From Octopus vulgaris (Eukaryota), in contig OX597817.1 in NCBI GenBank assembly GCA_951406725.2, positions 75,640,001 to 75,704,000 on the forward strand: a stretch of 64,000 nucleotides of DNA, written 5' to 3'. The translations under genes were made by a program, and so were the position numbers. Positions 13,651-26,471 of this stretch are shown here, one piece after another. Positions within the stretch are counted from its first letter, which is position 1. The number at the start of each line of letters is the position of its first letter. The notes under the pieces were generated by a model. It was not told where the DNA came from, searched no databases, and saw only the letters and a program-made list of their open reading frames with translations.

Positions 13651-13735
13651 GAAAGCAAGCTTCTTACCACACAACCATGCCTGCGCATACATACAAACAT
13701 ACATACATACATACATACATACATACATACATACA

Positions 13736-13767
<32 letters not shown>

Positions 13768-13782
13768 CACATACATACATAC

Positions 13783-13813
<31 letters not shown>

Positions 13814-13985
13814 CATACATACATACATACATACATACATACATACATGCACGCACACACACACACATATATATATATACCACGAGCTTCTTTCAGTTTC
13901 CGTCTAAAATTCCATTTCGTCAGCCCGGGGCTATAACAGAAGACACTTGCTCAAAGTGCAGTGCAGTGTCACTGAACACAGAGCC

Positions 13986-14026
<41 letters not shown>

Positions 14027-14165
14027 CACAATAATTACAAAAATTGTTAATTTTAAATCACATCTCCAAATAAAAATTTTGTCTTATATTTCAATCATTC
14101 ATTCGATACAATTCTTTCATTTAAGCTATTGTTTTTCTTCAGTTTAGTCTCTGTGGAAAGAAATG

Positions 14166-14570
14166 CATTGGCGTCAGAAAAACGGAAACTTTATAGAAAA
14201 AGACCATTATATGTGTATCATAAAAAAACAGACTTCAACAGGGGTTGCTATATATTTTTCCTTCTTTTTTTCTAAGTAATATATAAATACGTAATTGACA
14301 TTAGCTCACAACTTATTCATAAAAGTATCAGCGGGGACAAGCAAGCGGAATTAATGCGACATTGAGATATTCTGAATTAGTTTAAGAAAAGTTAGGATTA
14401 AGAAAAGCAAAAAAAAAAAAAAGGAAAAAGAATGATGTGTGTGTGTATATATAGACATGAAAAATAAAACAGTTATAAAAGCATCCAAAGGAATAGTCTA
14501 GCAATTATGGACCTAGCATCTTAGGAGATTATTAACAATAAACCAATGGTGTTTATGAAAGATATATATG

Positions 14571-14605
<35 letters not shown>

Positions 14606-14641
14606 ACATAGACATATATATATTATATAAATATATATAAC

Positions 14642-14674
<33 letters not shown>

Positions 14675-15999
14675 TCATGTATATATAATATTACCACATC
14701 ATATATACGTAATCTTTGTGGTTGTTTCTCACTGCCTGAGACTCATTGATAAATTACTTGGAGAAGTTCTTAACCAGATCAAGCCGAAACTGTCGCTAGA
14801 AGCTAGGATCACCAAGCACAGATTGGCATATTTTGGTCATATTATGCGGATAAAATCCCTGGAGAAGGACATCATGCTCGGAATGGTCAGTGACAACAGT
14901 GACAAGAGAGGAAGAGGCCGATCAAGAACCCGCTGGCTTGACACCATCAAGACTGACACGGGAATGGACATAGCCAATCTGAAAGAAGTAACCCAGGCTG
15001 GAGAACACTGATCGATCGAGTAACCGAGAGTCGACTTTGACTGAGCGGATAGATAGATAGAACTTGATGGTACGTCGAAAGTGTTCAATCGTATAGGCAT
15101 TTGACTTAAAATATTTGCTGGAGCCGTTTTGATCGACTAAACCATCCACAGTACAACACCAGCATGGCCTCTGACTTACGGAAAGGAAAAACAACGTTCA
15201 CGTACACGCATACGCTCGCACACCTGTATATCATTTTACGAATATTACGTTTTGTCGTTTAAAATTTTTCAGAACATAATTCTTAGTGGAATTCGAGTGA
15301 ATATAAATTATCAGCAGAAATCCCGCCATAACCATTCTAACCGCCGCTGCCGCCACCACCATCATCATAACCATTATGATCGCCATCCTCATCAACATCA
15401 AGTCAAGGTGGGGACAATGATCATGAGCATGAGGAAACTGGCGATCGCGATATAAATTCAATATAAATGAAGCTGTGTATTTGTATATTTTTAATACAAA
15501 CACATTCAAGCGTTTAAACATCCTCGCTACAATACCACTCTAGGAAGATAAATTCTTCCCTATAGATAATGTGTGTGAAAATAAACCAATCAGGGCTATA
15601 CATGACCTCGCTGGAATGTAGGCCACGTATTTCTGCGTTGTTACGTTTCATCGCCTATAGACACAGAGTACAATTCAAATTGCCATTCTTAAATGTCAGC
15701 AAAGATAATAAAGAATAAATTTCTTGGCGCAAGCAAAGCTTCGTCAAGCTGAAATTAATTAAATGAAAATTACAAAAAAAAACAGTAATGAATCAAACTA
15801 TTGCTGTGTACATTTGTATTTAAAGCAGTCGTGTACACTTAAATGTGGGAAGCTCTTAGAAATGCCGTGGAAATGCATAATCTGTAATAGAAATACTATT
15901 TTTGTGCTGCAGACTTCTTTTTGTTAAGCTAAACGAAAGGAAAATCAATCGAGAATGAGTGTTTGTGTGTGTTGTGTTTTGTATGTGCGCGCGCGCAAT

Positions 16000-16083
<84 letters not shown>

Positions 16084-16643
16084 CATGTACACACACATAT
16101 ATTGGATAATAAGAGTCTTTTGATTGAAAAAAAAAGTTATTTTGAGTCAGCTGTCTGAATAAATATTTAAATATCAACATGTGCAAGAGTCAGATATATA
16201 ACGCAACACCTTAAACTTCTGAAAGAAATCCAGACAAACGATTAAGTCAATTCTTAATGAACTCCAAAGATCTGGGGCCATGGTTTCCGGATTTAGTTTT
16301 GCATATTGTTGTTATTCTCTTTTCTTTCTTTTGATTTTCTTCTATCTAGTTGCTTATTTATTTATCTATTTATTTATTTATTCCATAGATTTCTTTGCTT
16401 TCTTTTCTTAATCCTGACTTTTCTTTAACTAATATCTGAATATCTCAATGTCGCATTAATTCCACTTGGCTGTCTCCGTTGATACTTCTATGAATAAATT
16501 GCGAGCTAATGTCAATTATGTATTTATATATTACTTTTTTTAAAATAAAGAAACGAAAAAAAAAAGCAACTCATGTAGAGGTCTATTATTTATGAAACAA
16601 CCATGATGGTGTTTTCTTATGAGTTTTTTTTCTGACGCCAATG
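14166..16643. repeat. Inverted ~250-bp duplication (14166-14411 and 16394-16643)
   Basis: cattggcgtcagaaaaa...gtaatatataaatac.taattgacattagctc.caa.ttattcata...ggaattaatgcgacattgagatattc present on opposite strands. Confidence 0.88.
14760..15060 (+). mobile_element. RTE-clade (BovB-like) LINE 3' end
   Basis: SLEARITKHRLAYFGHIMR..SLEKDIMLG...RGRGRSRTRWLD is the RTE C-terminal signature; ends in a (GATA)n tail. Confidence 0.88.
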
Positions 16644-16797
16644 GATTTGTAACTATCGAGACTGAATTGTAGAAAAAAAGAATAACTGAAATAAAAGAAA
16701 TGAAGCAAAATAAATGAATGAAAGTGTATAAAAAAAGAAATCAAACGTTTTATTCATTTTTGAGATATAATTTAAAATTAACCACCTTTGTAATTGT

Positions 16798-16839
<42 letters not shown>

Positions 16840-17092
16840 GTTTGATAGTGACAGCGAAGTTTCGGTTTGCTCGCCTTCATCAGACAGTGTGATGAAGGCA
16901 AGGGAGTGGACAGCCAAGCCATTTGTTGGTAAAATGTTAACAAACATATACTATGTCAAAAGTATTGAGTAATTCTTCAGTTGAATGTTAAATGGATTTT
17001 TATAAATACAACAAACATTAATATATATATATATATATTATATGCAATTATATACGTTTGTAAACATAAATACAAGCATATATACATACATC

Positions 17093-17174
<82 letters not shown>

Positions 17175-17270
17175 GGAGTAAACACATAAATGTGAAACAA
17201 GGTGGAAAAAGAGTACTCAAATACCAGTGGTAGAGTAATATGCTTTATTTTAAGCAGCAGAAAAATCAAC

Positions 17271-17317
17271 AAAATCTGTTACTCTGAGTTTCTCGTTGCC
17301 GTTCATCAGACAGTTTT
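17271..17317 (-). ncRNA. Type-I hammerhead ribozyme motif (left arm)
   Basis: Exact reverse complement of 17352-17398. Confidence 0.85.
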
Positions 17318-17351
17318 GCTAGAATGGAACATATATATGTTCCATTCTAGC

Positions 17352-17398
17352 AAAACTGTCTGATGAACGGCAACGAGAAACTCAGAGTAACAGATTTT
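17352..17398 (+). ncRNA. Type-I hammerhead ribozyme motif with canonical core
   Basis: aaaactgt-CTGATGA-acg(gcaa)cga-GAAA-ctcagag-TA-acagatttt; GUA cleavage triplet. Confidence 0.85.
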
Positions 17399-17674
17399 GT
17401 TGATTTTTCTGCTGCTTAAAATAAAGTATATATATATATATATATATATGCAATATAGGCGCTGGCGTGGCTGTGTGGTTTATACACTTGGGCTATGTGT
17501 GTGTGTGTGTACACATCCCAAATATATATGCAATATAGGCGCTAGCGTGGCTATGTGGTACCTTGGGGAAGTGTATTTTACTATAGTTTCGAGGCAACCA
17601 AAACCTTGTCAGTTGACTTGGTAGTTGAGACTGAAAGAATCCCATCATATGTATGTATGTTTTATATCCGAGTA

Positions 17675-17895
17675 TGTTGGATACTTAATATAACGAAGCA
17701 GGGGGAAAGAAAGTATTTTCAAGAGTCGGAGGAAATACTATTAGTATTACACGAGACTCGACGCTCTATATCAACGGTTCACAGCGGGCTGTTTATCGAC
17801 TCGAAAAACCAGTCACTCACAGTTCTTTACTTTATAACAATGAGTTAGTCCACCTTTAGTCACTTGATGGGGGTGGTAGGAATCCTTCCACAACA
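17675..17895. mobile_element. Possible solo LTR
   Basis: Begins tgttgga and ends tccacaaca (TG..CA, imperfect terminal IR); gtat(g) on both flanks. Confidence 0.35.
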
Positions 17896-17928
17896 GTATG
17901 CTTGTATGTATGTATATATGTATATATA

Positions 17929-18099
17929 GGCGCAGGAGTGGCTGTGTGGTAAGTAGCTTGCTAACCAGCCACATGGTTCCGGGTTCAGTCCCACTGCGTG
18001 GCATCTTGGGCAAGTGTCTTCTGCTATAGCCCCGGGCCGACCAATGCCTTGTGAGTGGATTTGGTAGACGGAAACTGAAAGAAGCCTGTCGTATATATG

Positions 18100-18134
<35 letters not shown>

Positions 18135-18350
18135 TTGTGTGTCTGTGTTTGTCCCCCTAGCATTGCTTGACAACCGATGCTGGTGTGTTTATGTCCCCGT
18201 CACTTAGCGGTTCGGCAAAAAGAGACCGATAGAATAAGTACTGGGCTTACAAAGAATAAGTCCCGGGGTCGATTTGCTCGACTAAAGGCGGTGCTCCAGC
18301 ATGGCTGCAGCCAAATGACTGAAACAAGTAAAAGAGTAAAAGAGTAAGAG
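17929..18350 (+). mobile_element. SINE family A, most intact copy (~420 bp)
   Basis: tRNA-like head with A/B boxes, CORE-like tcttgggcaagtg, internal (TA)(TG) microsatellite, (gtaaaaga)n tail. Confidence 0.92.
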
Positions 18351-18576
18351 TATGTATGTATATGTGGTGCGTGTGTAAGTGTGTGTAAGTGTGTGCGCCT
18401 GCCTGTCTGTCCTTCACAACTCCTTGACAACCGTTTTACGTCGCCGTAAATTAGTGATTCGGCAAAATCGATCGATAGAATATGTACGAGGTTTAAGAAA
18501 GAAGTACTGGGGTAATTCATTTGACTAAATTTCTACAAGGCGGTGCTCTGCATGACAGCAGTCTAATTACTGAAGA

Positions 18577-18670
<94 letters not shown>

Positions 18671-18693
18671 TATTCGTAATATATATATATATA

Positions 18694-19139
18694 TTGGTAA
18701 AATTATAAATTATTAATTGATTAATTAATTCTACCCTTTATTATTATTGATAATATAATTCATTCCCTGATAGTAAACGGCAGTTTCTGCGGGATTACTC
18801 GTAGCACACGTGGGTGATTGGGGAAGAATGCGAGTTCTGAATACATAATTTAATTATTAGTACTCTCAAATTTATAATTGAAATACTATACTGAAGACGG
18901 AAATAAGTGAGTAAAAATACAATTTTACATTGTTTTAATCTAGAAACGCGTATATAGTTAATCAAATCCGGGTGGATTCGTTATTTTTTCTTTTTACCTG
19001 TGTGAGTTGGGAGTATTGCTGTCTGGAAGATATCTTATGGTAGTGGAATAGTATTTAACTGCTATTTCTAAATTTCGGTATATGGTAAAGCAACTTTGCT
19101 GAACCTTAATTATAATTATGCTTATAATTATAGAATTTT

Positions 19140-19205
<66 letters not shown>

Positions 19206-19282
19206 TAAAATTAATAATTATTAATTGATTAATTAAGTTTACCCTTTATTATTATTGATAATATAATTCATTCCCTGATAGT
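18694..19282 (+). mobile_element. HHR-bearing ~510-bp unit plus a partial second copy (retrozyme/pLTR-like)
   Basis: Head ttggtaaaatt...ttccctgatagt repeats at 19202; HHR at 18885-18958; related to 3404-4070. Confidence 0.75.
18885..18958 (+). ncRNA. Type-I hammerhead ribozyme motif with canonical core
   Basis: actata-CTGAAGA-(long stem II)-GAAA-cgcg-TA-tatagt; palindromic stem III. Confidence 0.8.
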
Positions 19283-19747
19283 GTGTCTGTGTTTGTCCCC
19301 CTAGCATTGCTTGACAACCGATGCTGGTGTGTTTACGTCCCCGTCACTTAGCGGTTCGGCAAAAAGAGACCGATAAAATAAGTACTGGGCTTACAAAGAA
19401 TAAGTCCCGGGGTCGATTTGCTCGACTAAAGGCGGTGCTCCAGCATGGCCGCAGTCAAATGACTGAAACAAGTAAAAGAGTAAAAGAGTAAGAGTTATGT
19501 ATGTATATGTGGTGCGTGTGTAAGTGTGTGTGCGTGTGTGCGCCTGCCTGTCTGTCCATCACAACTCCTTGACAACCGTTTTACGTCGCCGTAAATTAGT
19601 GATTCGGCAAAAGCGATCAATAGAATATGTACCAGGTTTAAGAAAGAAGTACTGGGGTATTTCATTCGACTAAATGTCTACAAGGCGGTGCTCTGCACGA
19701 CAGCAGTCTGATTACTGAAGAAACATATATATATATATATATATATA

Positions 19748-19948
19748 GATATTCGTAATCGCTAGCTTCTGCACGCATTTTTTTTCTCTCCTTGTTTCTC
19801 TCCGTGTTTCTTTTCTGTGTATCTTTCTGTTGAAGAGCGTAGGCTCGAAACGTAAAAGACTTGTTTTATTTATATTCCTGAGCGCCATACTAATACAATT
19901 GTTTGTTTGTACTCCACCTGCCTTCGTCTTTTGTTTATTTTCATAAAG

Positions 19949-19951
<3 letters not shown>
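19748..19951 (+). mobile_element. Solo ~200-bp HHR element between (TA)n tracts
   Basis: Pyrimidine-rich; contains an HHR; shares ttcctgagcg..taatac with 55205-55412. Confidence 0.7.
19822..19859 (+). ncRNA. Minimal hammerhead ribozyme motif (A6 to U, probably inactive)
   Basis: tcttt-CTGTTGA-agagc(gtag)gctc-GAAA-cg-TA-aaaga. Confidence 0.7.
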
Positions 19952-20024
<73 letters not shown>

Positions 20025-20127
20025 CATTTAAAGATAGAAATCCCCATGCAATTCATAAATCGTAATATACATCACACCATATCATAGAACTTTATTTTAA
20101 TACTTACTATTTCAGTTCCAAATTTAT

Positions 20128-20222
20128 TTTCTACACGTGTTTCATGAGGTGCGTTTAACCTCCCCGAGACCCTCAGTCTTTTTTAGAAATATGTCTTAAC
20201 TGCAACCCCAATCATCAGGACT
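20128..20222 (-). ncRNA. Hammerhead motif with long stem II and decayed stem I
   Basis: Minus strand: CTGATGA-ttggggttgcagttaa...ttaaacgcacctcat-GAAA-cacgtg-TA; lies in a ~320-bp insert between microsatellites. Confidence 0.55.
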
Positions 20223-20360
20223 CTTCATAACTTTCTATAATTCTATAACTATTCCTATATTTTTATATTTTATTAGTAACGAATGAATCTTGAATTCTTT
20301 TTTTGGTGGGATAGGTATGTCTTTCAGTGATGAATTCTCTAATGAATATATATATATTTA

Positions 20361-20435
<75 letters not shown>

Positions 20436-21110
20436 TGAGAGAGAGAGAGAAATAGAGAGAGAGAGAAAGAGAGAGAGAGAAATAGAGAGAGAGAGAGTGT
20501 TAGGTGTGATGTACAGAATTGAATATTGAAAAGTAGTCGTCACAATTTTGGAAAGAACTTTTTTTTATTATTATATCTTCATTTTCATAATGGCGCTTTC
20601 ATTCGTTCTTCGAACTTGCCAAATACATTTCTGTGAACATACAGATATCTTGCTTATTTATATAAAACAGATGTTTTTTTTATTTTGTTTATAAGAGAAC
20701 ATTGTTCTTTTTTTGTGGGGGGAGTGAGGCTTTGAAGAGAATGGAAGATGGATAGACAGATAGATAGGCAGACAGATTGACAGATATATAGATAGATAGT
20801 CAGACAGATAGTAAGATGGGAAGGGTAAAAGAGAGAGGGGAAGGGCTATTCATTTTCCTATCCACCACCTTTCATTGTATTGAAATGGTCTTTTTAAGGG
20901 TTGTCAAATAAATAGATAAATAGATAAATGAATAAATAAATGAATAAATAAAAGTAAAAACTTGTTTACTACTTACACCATTGTTTTGACATGGTTTTTA
21001 GGGATGGTAAGGAAAGAAAGAAAAGAAAAAGAACAAAGAGAGAAAAATAGGGAATAAGAAATATAAAATAATAAAAATAAAAAATATATATACATACATA
21101 CACACACACA

Positions 21111-21168
<58 letters not shown>

Positions 21169-21169
<1 letters not shown>

Positions 21170-22867
21170 CTACTACATATGTGGAAAATCGGTGTGTGTT
21201 TGTTTGTGGCGTTTTTAGCTAACTCCCACATCGTTTTATTGATTTCGATGAAACTTGACACGTGAATAGAACACATGTTTTGAAACCTTTTGAATACTTA
21301 TTTTGTTAAAAAATCGATAATATGGACTCTGAAAGGGACCTTTATATCTACTTCATATAACTAATTTTTTTAAACGCTCAAGGGAAATAACCCATTTCAT
21401 TGTTTATGTTCGATTACTTTTAATATTGAATTTTTTGTGTGTCCAAATTCTAATTTTTGCAGACAATATCACCTTATGTGACACGTGAGTAGAACTCATG
21501 TCTGGAAACCCCGTAACATACTTATATAGTTGAAAAAAATTGATAATAAGGCACCTCCAATGGATCCTTCTATCTACTATATATTGATAATATATTATTT
21601 AAACAATCCAAGTGAAATAACCCATACCACTTGCAGTTTTTGGTGAAGCGATCAATATTTGATTCTCACGATCAGCCGACCTAATTCTGCATTTCACTAC
21701 TCGCAGTTTTGAACTGCTGAACATTATTATTGCACTTCCTTAATTTGAATCTTAAACCTTAAAAACTTCATTCATACATTTCTATACATACATACTTTTT
21801 TGAATGCCCATTACTCCGATAATTCTGCATTTTTATACTTACACTTTTTCCATGACTGTAGATAATTTTTTTATTTCACAACTTATTTGTAGTGGCTTCA
21901 TGCAGGCATGGCGTGGATTCGATCCTCGATTGCCAAATTTCACTTAACACTTCAACAGCGTTTTTCTCACGGTAAAACAATAGTTTTTCTGTAAATGACA
22001 GCAGTTATACATTTCCCAGATGCCTTCGCTAAGCAGAATAATGGCTTTGCCGTTTGACCCGTCTAACCTCTTCTAGGCCACCACTGGCTGGAACGGAGAT
22101 AATAGACCTCCAATGAAATCATTTTTTCTCAACAATATGTCTATCCTTCTGGCTGCTTTTCGATACTTATAAAAACAAGAACTCCGTAAGCTAAAGGCAG
22201 TTATTGTGAGCGACCATCAGTGAATGTGAACATTATTATTGCACTTTCTTCGAACACTTCATTCATATATTTATATAACCTCTTTCACCAACCTCCGACA
22301 CTCTTTCTCACCAACCTCTGACAATCTTTCCTTCTGCCAGCTGACAGTTTTTTGTACTTTTTCGTGATGGAAAATACACCTTTTGTGGCAGTTATAACGA
22401 AATTGCTTTCTTATATCTCTCTATATATAAACGGCAGTTTGTCTGTGCGTGTTTCTGTGTGTCTGTTTGCTTGTACCCTCACTCTGACCACGGCTTTCAA
22501 CCAATTCTAATGAAACTTGACACACACATAGCCCAATGTCATAATTCAAAACTAACGCAGCGAAAATTTTGAAAAGTTCCCCCATTTCTGAAAAAAATCG
22601 ATAAATTCGACATGGGGTCGAGAATAAAAAAAAACAAACCACAGACTGTCTAGGGGACGCAACTCAACCTTTTTTTACTCTCAAAAAAAAATTTACCATC
22701 ATTTTTTTCCCATTTTTTTGCTATTTTTTGGCTATAACTCTCTAAAAATGCTTTATAGTTATTTCCCTTACAAACCTGAGCAACGCCGGGCGATACTGCT
22801 AGTCAGGGTAATAAGGCATTTCAATAGAACCACTTTACCCCCGGGAATTACCGAGTACACCAGCTAG
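21169..22867 (+). mobile_element. Non-autonomous Helitron (outer, older)
   Basis: 5' TC start followed by a (tgtt/tgtg) tract; 3' hairpin cccgggaattaccgag then CTAG|T. Confidence 0.65.
22416..22802 (+). mobile_element. Non-autonomous Helitron nested in the outer Helitron
   Basis: A|TCTCTCTATATATAAA start; cctgagcaacgccggg hairpin + gatactgCTAG|T end; the same 3' end occurs at 40000-40027. Confidence 0.85.
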
Positions 22868-22898
<31 letters not shown>

Positions 22899-24629
22899 GT
22901 AAAATATAAAATATATTTAAAGATATATATACAGACACTTCCATCATTTATGATTAGGATAATGATGATGATGACGATGATGATGATGTTAATGATGATG
23001 ATTACGAGCGTAATCCACCCTATTATTATCAGCTTTATTATAATATCTTTATGATATCGTCATCGCCGTAACCTTCATTTTCGTCATGTCAACGTCGATA
23101 TCGATGTCGCTGTCTTCTAATCTCGCATTCCTCCCTCTCCAGACCTCCCCTTTGTAGTACGTCCTTCCTGTTTCCTCTCTTCAACATTTTCACATTTACG
23201 AATTTGTCTTTCTTTTTCCGGACCACATCTTGACCATCCTCCACCTAACCACAAAATAAATAAATAAATATATAAAATAATAATAAAAAAAAACAAACTA
23301 GAAAATGAAAAACAACAGAATCTCTCGCTGAATAAAAAAGCAAATTAGAGATTTTACATTATTAATGTTTCGATAGCTCTTTAAGAACTGACGATTTTAT
23401 GACAAAAGAAAAAGAATGGAAGGAAAAAAAGGCAGACTAGAAGAAAGAATGAAAATCGTGAAGTAGAGAACATTCTAAGTCGATGGTTTGCTAAATTCTA
23501 TTGATATTTAAAATTCTTAAAAAAAATAAAATAAAACTCATGAAATTTCGGAGAGAGATGAAACGAACTAAATATTGAACCACTATGTGGTCACTCGATC
23601 CGCTAGAAACAGTAGCCAATGTACCCTCGAATAACACCATACTGCCATAATAATAATCTACCATTCAGAACACATTAGATAATGTCAGCCATAGTTACAC
23701 TATATCTAAAAGATATACGGCTGGATGATCATGAATTACACGTATTGGATCACGTGTCTGCTTGATCAGAGCCGACCTGGGGTTAAACAACAAGAAGAAG
23801 AACAGCAGCAAGAACAACAACAACCATCTACTAGGGGTCTCTATGGCGTCACTCGAGTTGCAAGAATCTGCAGCTAATTCTCCTTTGAATCACATTCGGC
23901 AGTTTTAAAATGGGAAAATTCTTTGGATGAAGCTGTGCAAGATGTTCTAACTTTGAAAAACTGAGTCGAAAATGGCTGACATAACATTGATTATAGATTT
24001 GCTTCATCAGGGAAGATCTGTAACTAATCGTTTTCCCGTATCTTACGTATGGATTTATATCTGGAGATTTCCTCTCACATATGCAAACCTATGCAAGATA
24101 TTTCTTTATTCAAGAAAGCTCAGGTGTCACCCATGTAGGTAAGCCTTCTCTCTCCTCACCCCACCAACGTTGTCCCAAGGAAAGGCAAGACCCAATACAA
24201 ATTGGCACCAGTGAGTGCCATGTCAGGCGTTATCGTCAGAACACAAAGACCGGTAACAGACACTGAAAAGTGTTCCATACGAATCTCTAGCAATTCCGTT
24301 AACTTTCATCCCTTGAAAGGCAACGGCGATATTTGAAGTCGAATTACAGAGAACCAGAACCACTGACACAAAACATTCTATCGGATACTTTAAAGATCCC
24401 ACCAAAGATTAAACAACAAAAACAACAACAACGACGACGACGACAATTACAAAGTTATCATTACCAAGGAATCAATGTGAAACACTCCTATGTTGGTGTA
24501 TGAAATGTTAGTAACACAACTAATCACAAAGCTTCACTATTTTGAAAATAAAAGCAAGGGCACATACGAAAATGTAGTCCTAGTTTCATTACCGTTGACG
24601 ATGAAAATAGCAACAACGACGACAATAGT

Positions 24630-24947
24630 TCTTTCTAATTTTGGCATAAGGCTAACAGTTTAGAGGGTTTGAGAGATTTGGCAATTCCATCGTTCTCAGT
24701 ACTTGATTGGTACTATATTTTATCAGCTTTGGAAGGATGAAAGATAATCTGGCTTGGTATGAACTTAGAACGTAAAGAGTCGGATGAAATAACGCTCGGC
24801 TATTTGTTCGATGCTCTAACGATTTTGCTATGAACGTTCACAGTGTCAATGTTTAGTAAGACCACGTGAGATAAAAGAGGGAAGTGAGAGGGACAACTTA
24901 CTTCATTCTTGTGGAAGGATGGGTATGATGATGATGACGACGGCGAA

Positions 24948-25010
<63 letters not shown>

Positions 25011-25425
25011 TTCAAATTTTGCCACAAGGCCAGCAATTTCAAGGAGTGGGTAAGTCGATTGCATTGACCCAAGCACTCAACTGGTACTTATTTTATCGAC
25101 CCTGGAAGGATGAAAGGCGAAGTCGACCTCGGCGGAATTTGAACTAAAAGCCTGAAGATGGAATAATAATAATAATAATAATCATCATAATAATAATAAT
25201 GGTTTCTTTTATAATAATAATCATCATCCTTTTTACAATAGACAACGCCTGAAATTTTATTGAGGAGGAGGCGAGTCGACTACGCCGACCCCTGCACTCA
25301 ATTTGTACTTTATTCCATAGAATCCAAAAGGATGAAAGCCAAAGTTGACGACGGTGGAATTTGAACTCAGAACGTAATGCAACTAAGCATTTTGTCTGGC
25401 ACGGTGACAATTCTGCCAGCTCACC
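24630..25425 (-). mobile_element. Cluster of three diverged SINE B copies separated by (AAT)n
   Basis: Repeated ttttggcacaaggc..tcgac..tggtactt..gaaggatgaaa..tttgaact blocks. Confidence 0.75.
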
Positions 25426-25680
25426 ACCAAAAATAAGAACAGCAACATGAACAACATCAACAGCTACAACAACAACAAGAATCGCAGTATCAACAACACT
25501 ATTGCTATTAAGGAAGACGATGATGATGATAACGACAACAATAACAACAACAACAGCAACAACAATAATAATAATAATAAGTAATAATAATAATAATAAT
25601 TATAAAAACCGACGGGATTGTCACAGCTGACACATCTTTGATCCTAAATCTGCTTGACGAGCACTGACCCGGGGCTACCG

Positions 25681-25713
<33 letters not shown>

Positions 25714-26032
25714 ATAACAACGATATCATCATCATCACTACCAGCAGCAACAGCGACATATGTGAGCAAAATGAAATTGTCCAGGTGCAAACTTTGATTG
25801 AAATTTCTTGAGGTATGGACATTAACAAAACAGCGTTCTAAGTAACGTGATTTTTCAATTACCAACGAGAATAAGATAGATGAAAATACTAGCTACACAC
25901 GCACTTATTTTAAGAAGACATTCTCACAGAAATATGTATGCGCGTAAATATTGGGTCTTTATCTCTTTCGTTCTGAATGTGCGTGTGTTAAGTGTGTGTG
26001 TGTGACTGTGTCTGTGCGTGTGCAAGTGTGTC

Positions 26033-26128
<96 letters not shown>

Positions 26129-26471
26129 AACTTACGATCTTTCACTCTTGGAGTACATACATAGATATATACATACACACGTACATACATATTCTTTTAT
26201 TCTTTGAGGTGTTCCAGTCTTTTGACTGTGGTCATGCTGGAGCACCGCATTTAGTCGAACAAATCGACCCCAGAACTTATGTTTTGTAGGCCTAGTATTT
26301 ATTCTATCGGCCTCTTTGCCGAACCGCTAAGTTAAGGGGACTAGCAACGGTTGTCAAGCGATGGTGGGTCGTCAAACACAGACACACGAACATACATACA
26401 TACATATATGCGTGTATACATATATATATATATATATATATTGGTAAAACGGTAAGATAACAAAACAGCTA

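Larger units (their letters stand above)
17175..17430. mobile_element. Palindromic HHR element (inverted pseudo-LTR pair) inserted in (TA)n
   Basis: 17243-17426 is a perfect 184-bp palindrome centred on catatatatg; each arm carries an HHR. Confidence 0.85.
18137..19759 (+). repeat. Direct duplication (18137-18680 and 19281-19759) flanking an HHR element
   Basis: SINE A tail, a second older SINE tail, (TA)n and gatattcgtaat are repeated with few differences. Confidence 0.92.
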
